A stretch of 63,594 nt of DNA, the filler included, from Octopus bimaculoides (lineage: Eukaryota), in NCBI RefSeq assembly GCF_001194135.2. It is 5 parts of 5 records of this genome, joined end to end, with 100 filler letters (N's around TTAATTAATTAA, not from the genome) between each part and the next. Parts side by side here need not be neighbours in the genome. Positions count along the whole stretch, not along the records: positions 62,492 to 63,594 come from NW_026432591.1; 4 more parts are not named here. The stretch is one strand, 5' to 3'. The notes beneath the pieces are model-generated. The model was not told where the DNA came from. It made no database searches and worked only from the letters and a program-made list of their open reading frames with translations. This document shows, piece by piece, positions 63,549 to 63,594 of the stretch (positions within the stretch are counted from its first letter, which is position 1; each line of letters begins with the position of its first letter). Made by a program: the position numbers and the translations under genes.

Positions 63549-63594
63549 TATGAGGGTATGCTGTAAAGTTCCTGGCGTTGGGTAAAAGAGAATA
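63549..63594 (+). mobile_element. Possible mariner-type terminal inverted repeat at the window end
   Basis: TA-tgagggtatgctgtaaagttcctggc resembles TA-CGAGGG..TG..AAAAGT mariner ends. The partner TIR lies outside the window. Confidence 0.4.

Overview
Repeat-dense, gap-ridden, AT-rich animal genomic DNA. It is most likely an Octopus assembly, inferred from the SINE/LINE families and the extreme microsatellite load. Nearly all ORFs in the supplied track are microsatellite or N-gap artefacts. The window is mainly intronic or intergenic and is filled with several tRNA-headed SINE families, decayed LINE fragments (R4/Dong, RTE, CR1, L2/Crack-like, Tx1/L1), a Penelope-like element remnant, mariner/Tc1 relics and hAT MITEs. 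One host gene is supported on the minus strand: an immunoglobulin-domain exon (16211-16347, DMGYYTC motif) and a phase-compatible 45-nt stalk exon (12666-12710), with weaker candidate exons upstream. The most interesting observations are: (1) a TSD-flanked composite retroposon made of a Pol III tRNA-like head, an (AAT)n spacer and a tail carrying a minimal hammerhead-ribozyme motif, with a second tail copy at 30.0 kb and a third motif of another family at 18.2 kb; (2) R4/Dong LINEs repeatedly abutting (AAT)n, including that SINE's own spacer; (3) a CpG-depleted 16-kb block bounded by two scaffold-join markers; (4) a 500-bp foldback and several smaller hairpins. All translations, alignments and pairings were done by eye. 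No database search was run.
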